A stretch of DNA of 64,000 nt from Verrucomicrobiota bacterium (lineage in GTDB: Bacteria; Verrucomicrobiota; Verrucomicrobiia; Limisphaerales; JADLHS01), in contig JANXWY010000254.1 of NCBI GenBank assembly GCA_025350905.1, positions 365-64,364 of the forward strand, in the 5' to 3' direction. Positions 27,392 through 35,957 of the stretch are shown piece after piece (the first letter of the stretch is position 1; the number at the start of each line of letters is the position of its first letter). Both the position numbers and the translations under genes were made by a program. A model generated the notes under the pieces. The model was not told the origin of the DNA. It was given only the letters and a program-made list of their open reading frames with translations, and did not search any database.

Positions 27392-28654
27392 TCATTTGGC
27401 CGCCGGTTTCACCGCGACGTCCAGGCAAATCCCTTCCTTGTCGTTCCGGGCGTAAATGCGGCCTTGGCTCACCACCGGCATCGTCCAGCATTTGCCACCG
27501 TAAACCTCGGCCCGGGCGACTTCGTGATACGCCGCCGGCTGGGCGTCCACCAGCACCAGCGGACCGCGATCGCCCTGCACCAGCACCTGGTCGCCCACAA
27601 GAATGGTTCCACCTCCGGAACCGAACCCGGGCTTGGACCAAACCTCTTTGCCCGTGGCGATCTCGATGCACTTGAGCGGCGCGGTGGCAAACTCCTTAAA
27701 TCCGTAAATCCCGTAGAGATAACCATCGCGGCAAACCGGCGTCGTCCAGTGGTTCATCAATTTGCCTGATTCCCGCCAGAGTTCCGTGGCCACGAATTTG
27801 TCGCCGGACTGCGTGATCCGGCAGGCGCCCGCTCCCACCCCGTAGCCCGCCGAGCAATAGACGATGTCGCCCGATACGATGGGCGAGGACGCGGTGGAAA
27901 CTTGATACGGAAACGGGAACCGCCACAACTCGCGGCCCGTCTTGGTCTCCGCGGCTACCAATCCGGTTTGCGTAAAGAAGATTACCTGGCGCACGCCCAG
28001 GATCGTCGCCAGCACCGGCGAGGCATGGGTGGGCGCGTCCTCCCCGCCCTTCCAAACCAGTTTGCCATCCGCCTTATCGAAAGCCAGCAACGCCTGTCCC
28101 GCTCCGCCGCCGTTCACGAAGATCAAACTGCCTTCCAGGACCGGTGAGGCGGCGCTGTTCCACTTGATGACCTTGCCGCCGAATTCGCTGGCGAGATCGT
28201 GTTGCCAGATTTGCTTGCCGGTGGCCGCGTCAAGACACGTCAACACTTGATAGGCGCCAAGCAGATACACGCGGTCGCCATCCACCGTCGGGGTGGAGCG
28301 CGGGCCGTCACCGCCCTGCTTGTCCATCGTCGGCTTGCCCAACGGCACCGCCCACAATTCCCGGCCAGTATTCGCGTCCAGCGCCAGCACTACCTCCTTG
28401 TCTTCTCCGGCCACCGCTCGCTGGATGAAACAAAACGCCCGGCCGCTGCTGACCACAAACGAGCCGAAGCTTGGCCCCAGCGGCGCCTTCCAAACCACGC
28501 GCGGACCTTCGGTCGGCCAGGGCGCAAGGATTTTTTCCGGCGTGGAACCATCGTTGTTCGGCCCGCGATATTGTGGCCAGTCGGCCGCGGTCAAGTGGGT
28601 GGCCGTAGTGAGCAATAATCCGAACCAGCGAGCGAGGGATTGGGTTTTCATCAT
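27392..28654 (-). CDS. PQQ-like beta-propeller repeat protein (BamB-like fold), secreted
   Basis: Signal peptide then ADWPQYRGPNNDG, with repeated propeller blades. Paralogous to 43628-44824. Confidence 0.8.
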   Translation of the reverse strand: MMKTQSLARWFGLLLTTATHLTAADWPQYRGPNNDGSTPEKILAPWPTEGPRVVWKAPLGPSFGSFVVSSGRAFCFIQRAVAGEDKEVVLALDANTGRELWAVPLGKPTMDKQGGDGPRSTPTVDGDRVYLLGAYQVLTCLDAATGKQIWQHDLASEFGGKVIKWNSAASPVLEGSLIFVNGGGAGQALLAFDKADGKLVWKGGEDAPTHASPVLATILGVRQVIFFTQTGLVAAETKTGRELWRFPFPYQVSTASSPIVSGDIVYCSAGYGVGAGACRITQSGDKFVATELWRESGKLMNHWTTPVCRDGYLYGIYGFKEFATAPLKCIEIATGKEVWSKPGFGSGGGTILVGDQVLVQGDRGPLVLVDAQPAAYHEVARAEVYGGKCWTMPVVSQGRIYARNDKEGICLDVAVKPAAK

Positions 28655-28681
28655 TTAATAATTGAGGATAGACGCGGCCAT

Positions 28682-29584
28682 TTACCGGGAATTCAACCGT
28701 TCCAAGACTTCCTGCGCCAACACTTCGTACGCGGCCGCACCGGCGCTGTACTTATCGTAGTGGATGATCGGCCGACCGAAGCTGGGGGCTTCCGCGAGTT
28801 TCGTGCTGCGCGGGATCATCGTTTCAAACACGCGCTCCCCCAGCAGATTGCGCACTTCACTCACGACTTCGTTCGACAGCTTGGTCCGGGCATCGAACAT
28901 GGTCATGACCACGCCAAAGATTTCCAACCGGGGATTCACGCCGGCGGCGCGCAGTTGCGTCAGCACGCGGTTCATCATCGAAATACCTTCGAGCGCGTAA
29001 TATTCGCATTGCAACGGCACCAGCACGCCATCCGCGACCGCAAATGCGTTGAGCGTCAGGATGCCCAGCGACGGCGGGCAATCCACGAGCAGCAAATCAA
29101 ACTGGCCGGACTCGCGCACCGGTTGCAAGGCGTCCGCGAGCCGCAACAGGTGATTCTCCGCCCGCGCCAGCTCCACGTCGGCGCCGCACAAATCGACTTC
29201 GCTGGGAATCAGGGACAGCCGTTCGAAGGCCGTGGGTTTGATCTTGTCGGCCAGCGCCCCTTCGCCGAACAGGGGGCGATAGGCACTCGCGCCCTCAATT
29301 TTTTCCACCCCGACGCCGCTCGTGGCGTTAGCCTGCGGGTCCAGGTCGAACAGCAGGATGCGCTGCCCCAACGCCGCGAGGCACGCGGCCAGATTCACCG
29401 CCGTGGTGGTTTTGCCGACGCCGCCCTTCTGGTTGGCGACCGCGATGACTTTGGTAGGCACGTGGGAGATTAAACGGAAAGCCCGGCGGGGATTCAAGCG
29501 TTGACCGCGGGTGGGCGGATAAACTTCACCGGGATCGTCTTCGGCGCGACGGGTTAAGTCGTGAGCGCCGATCGGATTCGGCAC
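28682..29584 (-). CDS. parA: ParA/Soj family ATPase
   Basis: Deviant Walker A motif KVIAVANQKGGVGKTTT, then DLDPQANAT. The true start may be an internal GTG, because the N-terminal ~45 residues are atypical. Confidence 0.85.
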   Translation of the reverse strand: MPNPIGAHDLTRRAEDDPGEVYPPTRGQRLNPRRAFRLISHVPTKVIAVANQKGGVGKTTTAVNLAACLAALGQRILLFDLDPQANATSGVGVEKIEGASAYRPLFGEGALADKIKPTAFERLSLIPSEVDLCGADVELARAENHLLRLADALQPVRESGQFDLLLVDCPPSLGILTLNAFAVADGVLVPLQCEYYALEGISMMNRVLTQLRAAGVNPRLEIFGVVMTMFDARTKLSNEVVSEVRNLLGERVFETMIPRSTKLAEAPSFGRPIIHYDKYSAGAAAYEVLAQEVLERLNSR

Positions 29585-29803
29585 TGAATCCGGCCGCGGG
29601 CCGGGGTGAAGAACGGGGCGGGTTAAGCCTCGCTACCTCGGCCCCTCCGATGACTGCACGTGGTTTCCAACAAGATTCTAAACCTGGCGGCGGGCAAAGT
29701 TCGCCAGCTTTGATCCTCGGAAGGGCGACGGCCGTGGGCTTTCGCACGGGAGCGTAAAATTTCTCCACTGGATTTTGCTCTGCGCCGGCTGCATCATAGC
29801 GCT

Positions 29804-30157
29804 ATGAAGCTGATTATTTCTTTGCACAACGTTACCCTGACCAAAGCGATTGAAGACCACATCCTCGCCCGGTTGGATAAGCTGGAGCATTTCGATCGCT
29901 GGGCCATTGATGCGCGGGTGACGCTCGAACATGACCACACCCGCGTGCCCGCCAAGGCCTTCTCCTGCTCGATGCGGCTCAGTGTGCGCGGCCCCGATCT
30001 GTTCGCGGAGGACCGCGAAGAAGACCTTTATGCGGCCATAGATCTGGTTTCAAAGAAAATCGAACAGCAGATCCGCAAACGACACAACAAAACCAAGGCG
30101 CGCAAACACAAAGTTGCCGCCCGGAACAAGCAAAGCCTCAAGGAACGTGGACTTTGA
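29804..30157 (+). CDS. hpf: ribosome hibernation promoting factor (short HPF/RaiA family)
   Basis: 117 aa: MKLIISLHNVTLTKAIEDHILARLDKLEHF...DLYAAIDLVSKKIEQQIRKRH. Confidence 0.85.
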   Translation: MKLIISLHNVTLTKAIEDHILARLDKLEHFDRWAIDARVTLEHDHTRVPAKAFSCSMRLSVRGPDLFAEDREEDLYAAIDLVSKKIEQQIRKRHNKTKARKHKVAARNKQSLKERGL

Positions 30158-31422
30158 TGGCTGGCTCGACGCCTCGCCTGCTGCGTGCCCGCGTGGTGCT
30201 GCCGATCTGGCGGCCGCCCATCGCCGATGGGGGCGTGGTGGTGGCCGGCCAGCGCCTCGTGGCCGTTGGCCGTTGGCGCTCCCTGCGGGGCCGATTTGCG
30301 GGCCCGGTTGACGATCTGGGCGACGTCGTGTTGTTGCCGGGGTTGGTCAATGCCCATTGTCACCTCGACTACACCCACATGGCCGGTTTGTTCCCGCGGC
30401 AAAAAAATTTCTGCGACTGGATCAAACTCATTACCACCGAGAAGGCGCACTGGACCTTCTCCGACTACGCCGAGGCATGGCTGGATGGCGCCCGAATGTT
30501 GCTCCGCTCGGGGACCACCACTGTCGCCGATATTGAAGCCGTACCGGAATTGTTGCCGGACGTTTGGACCGCCACTTCGCTGCGGGTGATTTCCTTTCTG
30601 GAAATGACCGGGGTTCGCAGCCGGCGCCATCCGGAATTGATTCTGCGCGAAGCGCTCGAAAAAATCGACTCCCTGCCCCCCCACCGCAGCGCCGCTGCGC
30701 TCTCGCCCCACGCCCCCTACTCCACCACGCCCTGCCTGCTGGAGCGCACCGCCGCGCTCGCCCGCACACGTAAACTCCGCGTCACGACCCATATTGCCGA
30801 GTCCGCGACAGAATTTGAAATGTTCCGGCATGCGCGCGGCGAGATGTTCGACTGGCTGCAACGCAATGAGCGCGCCATGGCCGACTGCGGCAAATATTCG
30901 CCCGTGCAACACGCCGCCCGGGCCGGCTTGCTGGGCCGCAACTTTCTCGCCGCCCATGTCAACTGGCTGGCCCCGGGCGACGCTGCCTTGCTCGCCCGCA
31001 AGCACACCAGCGTCGTTCACTGCCCACGCAGTCACGCTTATTTTCAGCACCAGAGGTTTCCCTACCGCGCCCTCGCCCAAGCCGGCGTGAACATCTGCCT
31101 CGGCACCGACAGTCTCGCGACGGTCCAGAAGGAGCCGCGCCAAAAGGTCGAGTTGGACATGTTTGTCGAAATGCGCGCCTTCGCCCAAACGCAGCCTGAG
31201 GTCGTGCCCGAAAAAATCGTCCGCCTGGCCACGATTAATGGTGCCCGGGCGCTCGGCCTCCGCGGTCAGGTCGGGGAACTGACGCGCAACGCCTTCGCCG
31301 ATCTCATCGTCCTGCCGTTTACGGGTAGACCAAGGGACAGTTACGATGCCATCCTTGCTCACGTCGGCCCGATCGCAGCCGGAATGATCGATGGCGAATG
31401 GACCATGGCCCCGGGCGCGTAG
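30157..31422 (+). CDS. amidohydrolase family protein (chlorohydrolase / nucleoside-deaminase-like)
   Basis: LLPGLVNAHCHLDYTHM metal-binding motif and a later HIAES motif. ATG 30157 overlaps the hpf stop codon (TGATG). Confidence 0.8.
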   Translation: MAGSTPRLLRARVVLPIWRPPIADGGVVVAGQRLVAVGRWRSLRGRFAGPVDDLGDVVLLPGLVNAHCHLDYTHMAGLFPRQKNFCDWIKLITTEKAHWTFSDYAEAWLDGARMLLRSGTTTVADIEAVPELLPDVWTATSLRVISFLEMTGVRSRRHPELILREALEKIDSLPPHRSAAALSPHAPYSTTPCLLERTAALARTRKLRVTTHIAESATEFEMFRHARGEMFDWLQRNERAMADCGKYSPVQHAARAGLLGRNFLAAHVNWLAPGDAALLARKHTSVVHCPRSHAYFQHQRFPYRALAQAGVNICLGTDSLATVQKEPRQKVELDMFVEMRAFAQTQPEVVPEKIVRLATINGARALGLRGQVGELTRNAFADLIVLPFTGRPRDSYDAILAHVGPIAAGMIDGEWTMAPGA

Positions 31423-31517
31423 TCGTGCGGTGACGTTCCTGGGAGCGCCGGCATCCCTGCCGGCGGCCCGCCACGGCAGAGCTTCACGCGAGACTTCCTT
31501 TCCATCCGTGTTCATCC

Positions 31518-32780
31518 GTGTTTATCTGTGGTTCAGTGAATTCACTCGATGCGGAACTTCATCGCCGCCTTGACGCCCTTCGCGCGCAGGGGTTGCATCG
31601 CGAATTGCGCCGCGTGGATTCGCCCCAAGGCCCGTGCCTCCAGATTGCTGGTCGCGAGTTGATTAATTTTTCCTCGAACGATTATCTCGGTCTGGCGAAT
31701 CATCCGACGCTCAAGGCAGCCGCCGTTCGGGCGGTGGAACAATTCGGCGCGGGCGCGGGCGCTTCGCGGCTCGTGTGCGGCTCGCTCGCGCCGTTTCATG
31801 AACTGGAAGCCGCGCTCGCCGCCTTCAAAGCCACGGAAGCCGCGCTGACCTTTGCCACCGGCTATGCGACAACCCTCGGCACCATTACCGCGTTGCTCGG
31901 CAAGGATGATCTCATCATTACGGACAAACTCATTCACGCCAGTATGGTGGATGCGGCACGACTCTGCAGCGCGAAACTCCGCATCTTCGCCCACAACGAT
32001 CTCAACGATCTCGAAGCGATTCTAAAATGGGCCACGCAAAGCCCTCGGCCCTTGGCTCTCGGTTTTCGCCAGATCCTGATTGTCACCGAGTCCGTCTTCT
32101 CCATGGACGGCGACCACGCGCCGCTCCGCGAAATCGTGGCGCTCAAGGAAAAATACGGGGCGTGGTTGATGGTGGACGAAGCCCACGCCACCGGGCTTTA
32201 CGGCGCCAATCGGCGCGGTCTCGCCGAGGCACTCGGCGTGAGCGATCGCATTGAGATCCAGATGGGCACCCTGGGCAAAGCGCTCGGCGCGAGCGGCGGC
32301 TATGTTTGCGGCTCCCGGGCCTTGATTGATTTCCTCGTGAACCGCGCCCGCAGTTTCATCTTCAGCACCGCCCCCGTCCCCGCGGCCGCGGCCGCGGCCG
32401 CGGCCGGAGTTCAACTCGTGCAATCCCACGAAGGCAAATCGCGCTGCGAACAGCTGTGGCACTCGGTTAATATTGTAGGAGACGACGTGAGGAGTCTCAA
32501 ATCTTCCTCAGTCGAAAACCAGAGACAGCTCACGTCGGCGGCAACGAATGATAAGAGCGCCATCATCCCATTAATTGTAGGCGATGAAAACCTGGCGGTG
32601 GCGACGGCGAGCGCGCTCCGGGAACGCAGATTCTTTGTTCCCGCGATCCGTTATCCCACCGTTGCGCGCGGTTCGGCCCGGTTGCGAATTACGCTCGCCG
32701 CCACTCACACCGCGAACCACATTGCAGAGCTGACGCGCGTCTTGCGGACTTTAGACTTGGGACTCAAAACTCTGGACTGA
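31518..32780 (+). CDS. bioF: 8-amino-7-oxononanoate synthase with in-frame palindrome insertion
   Basis: NFSSNDYLGLANHP, DEAHATGLYG and GTLGKALGASGG (PLP lysine). The start may be GTG 31518 or GTG 31536. Confidence 0.85.
   Translation: MFICGSVNSLDAELHRRLDALRAQGLHRELRRVDSPQGPCLQIAGRELINFSSNDYLGLANHPTLKAAAVRAVEQFGAGAGASRLVCGSLAPFHELEAALAAFKATEAALTFATGYATTLGTITALLGKDDLIITDKLIHASMVDAARLCSAKLRIFAHNDLNDLEAILKWATQSPRPLALGFRQILIVTESVFSMDGDHAPLREIVALKEKYGAWLMVDEAHATGLYGANRRGLAEALGVSDRIEIQMGTLGKALGASGGYVCGSRALIDFLVNRARSFIFSTAPVPAAAAAAAAGVQLVQSHEGKSRCEQLWHSVNIVGDDVRSLKSSSVENQRQLTSAATNDKSAIIPLIVGDENLAVATASALRERRFFVPAIRYPTVARGSARLRITLAATHTANHIAELTRVLRTLDLGLKTLD
32473..32548. repeat. GTAG-headed inverted doublet (REPIN-like) inside bioF
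   Basis: ttGTAGgagacgacgtgaggagtctc ... gagacagctcacgtcggcggCAACgaa. The arms pair through cgacgtgag/ctcacgtcg and gtctc/gagac. It is translated as IVGDDVRSLKSSSVENQRQLTSAAT. Confidence 0.7.
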
Positions 32781-34300
32781 TGAACCCGCTCGCCCAACTC
32801 GACCACGCCCATGTCTGGCATCCGTTCACCCAGATGCGGGACTGGCTCAAGCGCGAGCCGATCGTCATCACTTCCGGCAAAGGCGCGGTCCTGCGTGACA
32901 CTCGGGGTCGGGAATATCTCGACGCCAACTCCTCCATTTGGACCAATCTGCACGGCCACAATCACCCGAAGATCAACGCGGCGATGGCCCGGCAGTTGAA
33001 GAAAATCGCGCACAGTTCCGCGCTGGGGCTGGCCAATGAACCGGCGAGTTTGCTGGCGGCGAAACTCGTCGAGGTCGCTAATCATCGTAGCCGCCGACGG
33101 GAGAAGGTGGATTCAACCAGTGCCGCCGCCTCCCGTCGGCGGCTGCAGAAAGTTTTCTTTAGCGACGACGGCTCAACGGCGATGGAAGTCGCGCTGAAGT
33201 TGGCCTACGAATTCACGCGCCGCACGCGCGGGCCCAAGACCAAGCCCCGTTTTCTCTCGCTCGCTGGCGCTTATCATGGCGACACCGTGGGGGCCGTGTC
33301 CCTGGGGCATATTGATCTGTTCCACAAGGCTTACGGGGGGTTGCTGTTCCCGACGGAGAAAGTGATGGCGCCCTATTGTTATCGTTGCCCTTTCAACCGC
33401 GCCTCGCCGGAGCGCGTGGACGCCCGTGACTATCGCAAATGCAATTGGGAGTGCGTCGGTCAGGCGGAACAAAAGTTTTCCGCCCAAAAGAAACGTGGAA
33501 ACCCTTTTGCCGGATTTGTCTTCGAGCCGCTCCTGCAGGGCGCGGCGGGGATGATTCCACAGCCGCCGGGCTGGCTGCGCCGCGTCACGGACATTGCGCG
33601 CGGCCATGGTGCCTTGCTCATCGCCGATGAAGTGATGACCGGTTTCGGTAGGACAGGCGTCCCGCCTGTCTCAAATCAATCCGCCGCTCGAGCGGAACAG
33701 GAAGTTAGAGCCAGGCGCGACGCCTGTCCCACGCTCTTCGCCTCGCACCGTGAGGGAGTGCAGCCGGATTTTCTTTGTCTCGCCAAGGGACTCACCGGCG
33801 GTTACCTACCCATGGCCGCGACGCTTACGACGGGAAAAGTGTTCGACGCCTTCCTGGGTCGCTACGAGGAGTTCAAAACTTTTTTCCACGGTCACAGCTA
33901 CACGGGCAATCAGCTCGGAGCGGCGGCGGCCTTGGCGAGCCTGGAGATTTTGCAGGGCGACGAATCCGGCCGTTCCCGGATCCTGGTCGAGCGGACGCTG
34001 GCCGCAGAACTGAAAAGTTTGTGGTCCCAGCCGAAGGTCGGCGACATCCGGCAAGTCGGGCTGGTCGTCGGGGTGGAACTAGTTCGCGACTGGCGCACCC
34101 GCGCGCCCTTCCCGCTGCAGGAACAGGCCGGGATCCGGGTTTGTGAAGCCATGGCGCGGCGCGGCGTGCTGACGCGGCCGATTGGTAACGTGATCGTGCT
34201 GATGCCGCCGTATTGCGCGACGCCGAAACAGTTGCGGCGGATGGTGGCCGTGCTGGCGGAGGCGATGGCCAAAATATTTGCCCGGCGCGCGGGCCGGTGA
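32780..34300 (+). CDS. bioA: adenosylmethionine-8-amino-7-oxononanoate aminotransferase with two in-frame palindrome insertions
   Basis: FFSDDGSTAMEVALK, LIADEVMTGFGRTG and LCLAKGLTGGYLPMAA. The start ATG overlaps the bioF stop codon (TGATG). Confidence 0.85.
   Translation: MNPLAQLDHAHVWHPFTQMRDWLKREPIVITSGKGAVLRDTRGREYLDANSSIWTNLHGHNHPKINAAMARQLKKIAHSSALGLANEPASLLAAKLVEVANHRSRRREKVDSTSAAASRRRLQKVFFSDDGSTAMEVALKLAYEFTRRTRGPKTKPRFLSLAGAYHGDTVGAVSLGHIDLFHKAYGGLLFPTEKVMAPYCYRCPFNRASPERVDARDYRKCNWECVGQAEQKFSAQKKRGNPFAGFVFEPLLQGAAGMIPQPPGWLRRVTDIARGHGALLIADEVMTGFGRTGVPPVSNQSAARAEQEVRARRDACPTLFASHREGVQPDFLCLAKGLTGGYLPMAATLTTGKVFDAFLGRYEEFKTFFHGHSYTGNQLGAAAALASLEILQGDESGRSRILVERTLAAELKSLWSQPKVGDIRQVGLVVGVELVRDWRTRAPFPLQEQAGIRVCEAMARRGVLTRPIGNVIVLMPPYCATPKQLRRMVAVLAEAMAKIFARRAGR
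33087..33146. repeat. GTAG-headed perfect inverted doublet (60 bp) inside bioA
   Basis: A perfect 15-bp inverted repeat: agccgccgacgggag (33089-33103) and ctcccgtcggcggct (33130-33144). It is translated as ...SRRREKVDSTSAAASRRRLQ. Confidence 0.8.
33648..33732. repeat. GTAG-headed inverted doublet (~85 bp) inside bioA
   Basis: GTAGgacaggcgtcccgcctgtc ... gacgcctgtccCAC. There is a perfect 11-bp inverted repeat, ggacaggcgtc (33651-33661) and gacgcctgtcc (33719-33729). The left arm also self-pairs as gacaggcg/cgcctgtc. Confidence 0.8.
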
Positions 34301-34306
34301 ACCAGC

Positions 34307-34328
34307 GGGCGCATGGCGCCCCGATTTT
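34307..34328 (+). terminator. possible terminator between convergent bioA and rpoN
   Basis: gggcgc-atg-gcgccc hairpin followed by cgatttt. The stem is short. Confidence 0.35.
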
Positions 34329-34349
34329 GGCGCCCGGCCAACCGAGGCC

Positions 34350-35834
34350 TCAGTAAACCTTCCGCAGATTCGAGGGGAGAATGTTTAATTCCGAACGGTA
34401 CTTCGCCACCGTGCGCCGGGCGATTACGATGCCTTCGTCCTTCAGCATCTTCACCACTTCCTGATCGGATAACGGCTTGCCGGTATTTTCGGCTTTGAAA
34501 ATTTCCGCGATCATGTCCTTGACGCTCGTGTTCGAGACGCCCGCCCCGCTGTCGGTTTGCAGCCCGGCGGTGAAAAAGTATTTCATCTCGAAGATGCCCT
34601 GCGGCGTCTCCATATACTTGCCGGACACCGCACGGCTCACCGTCGTTTCATGCACGCCCACGACTTCCGCCACCTGCACCATCGTCAGCGGGCGCAGGTG
34701 CGCCACGCCCTTGTCCATAAATTCGCGCTGCCGTTTGACGATTTCCTTCGCAATGTTGCCAATGGTGCTTTGCCGCTGGTGCAGACTCTTGATGAGAAAT
34801 TTTCCGGCACGGATTTTTTCGCGGATGTAATTCTTCACCTCCGCCGTGTTCTCGCCCTGCGACATCAGGTCCTTGTAGACGTTGCTGATGCGCAGGTGGG
34901 GAATATGTTCGTTGTTGGTCGTGACCGTGAAGTCGTCGCCACTGCGCTTCACGAACACCTCGGGGAGGACAAACTGGTCGAGCACGGTGAGAAAAGCCCG
35001 ACCTGGGCGCGGCTCGAGTTGCGCAATGCGCTCGAGCGAATCCTGGACGTCATCCAACGTCGTGCCCGTGCCGCGGGCGATTTCCGGAATGCGGCGTTTG
35101 CCCAAGGCTTCCATGTGATCGCGCACGATTTGATATTCGAGCGATTCCTGCTGGCCTTTGCGTTCGAGTTGGAGCATCAGGCATTCGCGCAGATCGCGGG
35201 CGCCCACGCCAGGAGGATCAAACGTTTGGATTACCTTGAGCACTTCGAGAATGGCTTCGCCGGGCAGGTTGCCGAGCGCCGCGATTTCCTCCACCGAGGC
35301 CTTGAGGTAACCGTAATCGTCAATATTGCCGATGATCAGTTCGGTCACGGGCCGTTGGACTTCGGGCACGCCTGAATCCCGCACCTGCTCGAGCAACGCC
35401 TCCGCCAGCGACGTGCCGGCCACCAGCGAGTCGAACATGAACTGCCGCTTCTCCTCCTCCTCCGCCGAAGCGCGCGTGGGCAGATTGGTCTGCGCGAAAT
35501 GATCCCGCCATTCCTGATCCATCTGCACCAGCTTTTCGAACTCCACCTGGAAATCATCCGCCGGCGCGCCCTCGGCGACATCCGGGTTCATATCGGCCGG
35601 CGGTTCGGACGGATCCGCCGCATCGGCGGGACTGTCGCCATCGGCCGCCTTCTCCGACAGATCCGCGTCGGGACTCGCGATCTCCTCGAGGACCGGGTTT
35701 TGCTGCAATTCCGCCTCGACCAACGCCTTGAGTTCCAGGGTCGGGGCATGCAACAACGCCAGCGATTGCTGGAGTTGGGGGGCCAACACCGTTGACAGGT
35801 TGAGCCGTTGCGAAAGATGTAAGCCTTGCGCCAT
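34350..35834 (-). CDS. rpoN: RNA polymerase sigma-54 factor
   Basis: N-terminal LSQRLNLSTVLAPQLQQSLALLHAPTLEL, an acidic region, and the C-terminal RpoN box ARRTVAKYR. Confidence 0.9.
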   Translation of the reverse strand: MAQGLHLSQRLNLSTVLAPQLQQSLALLHAPTLELKALVEAELQQNPVLEEIASPDADLSEKAADGDSPADAADPSEPPADMNPDVAEGAPADDFQVEFEKLVQMDQEWRDHFAQTNLPTRASAEEEEKRQFMFDSLVAGTSLAEALLEQVRDSGVPEVQRPVTELIIGNIDDYGYLKASVEEIAALGNLPGEAILEVLKVIQTFDPPGVGARDLRECLMLQLERKGQQESLEYQIVRDHMEALGKRRIPEIARGTGTTLDDVQDSLERIAQLEPRPGRAFLTVLDQFVLPEVFVKRSGDDFTVTTNNEHIPHLRISNVYKDLMSQGENTAEVKNYIREKIRAGKFLIKSLHQRQSTIGNIAKEIVKRQREFMDKGVAHLRPLTMVQVAEVVGVHETTVSRAVSGKYMETPQGIFEMKYFFTAGLQTDSGAGVSNTSVKDMIAEIFKAENTGKPLSDQEVVKMLKDEGIVIARRTVAKYRSELNILPSNLRKVY

Positions 35835-35957
35835 GCGCTACGAAGTCTAGCGGCCCCCTGCCGTTGCACAAGGCCGAACTTGGTCCGCCGTGTGCGGCGC
35901 GCCGAAAAATATGCGCGCAAAACTTGACTTGGCGGCCCATTTTCCCAACATCGCCCC

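Noticed and set aside
30028-31515. 495-aa minus-strand ORF
   Set aside because: It is antisense to the amidohydrolase gene (HCH metal motif on the plus strand) and has no recognisable domain.
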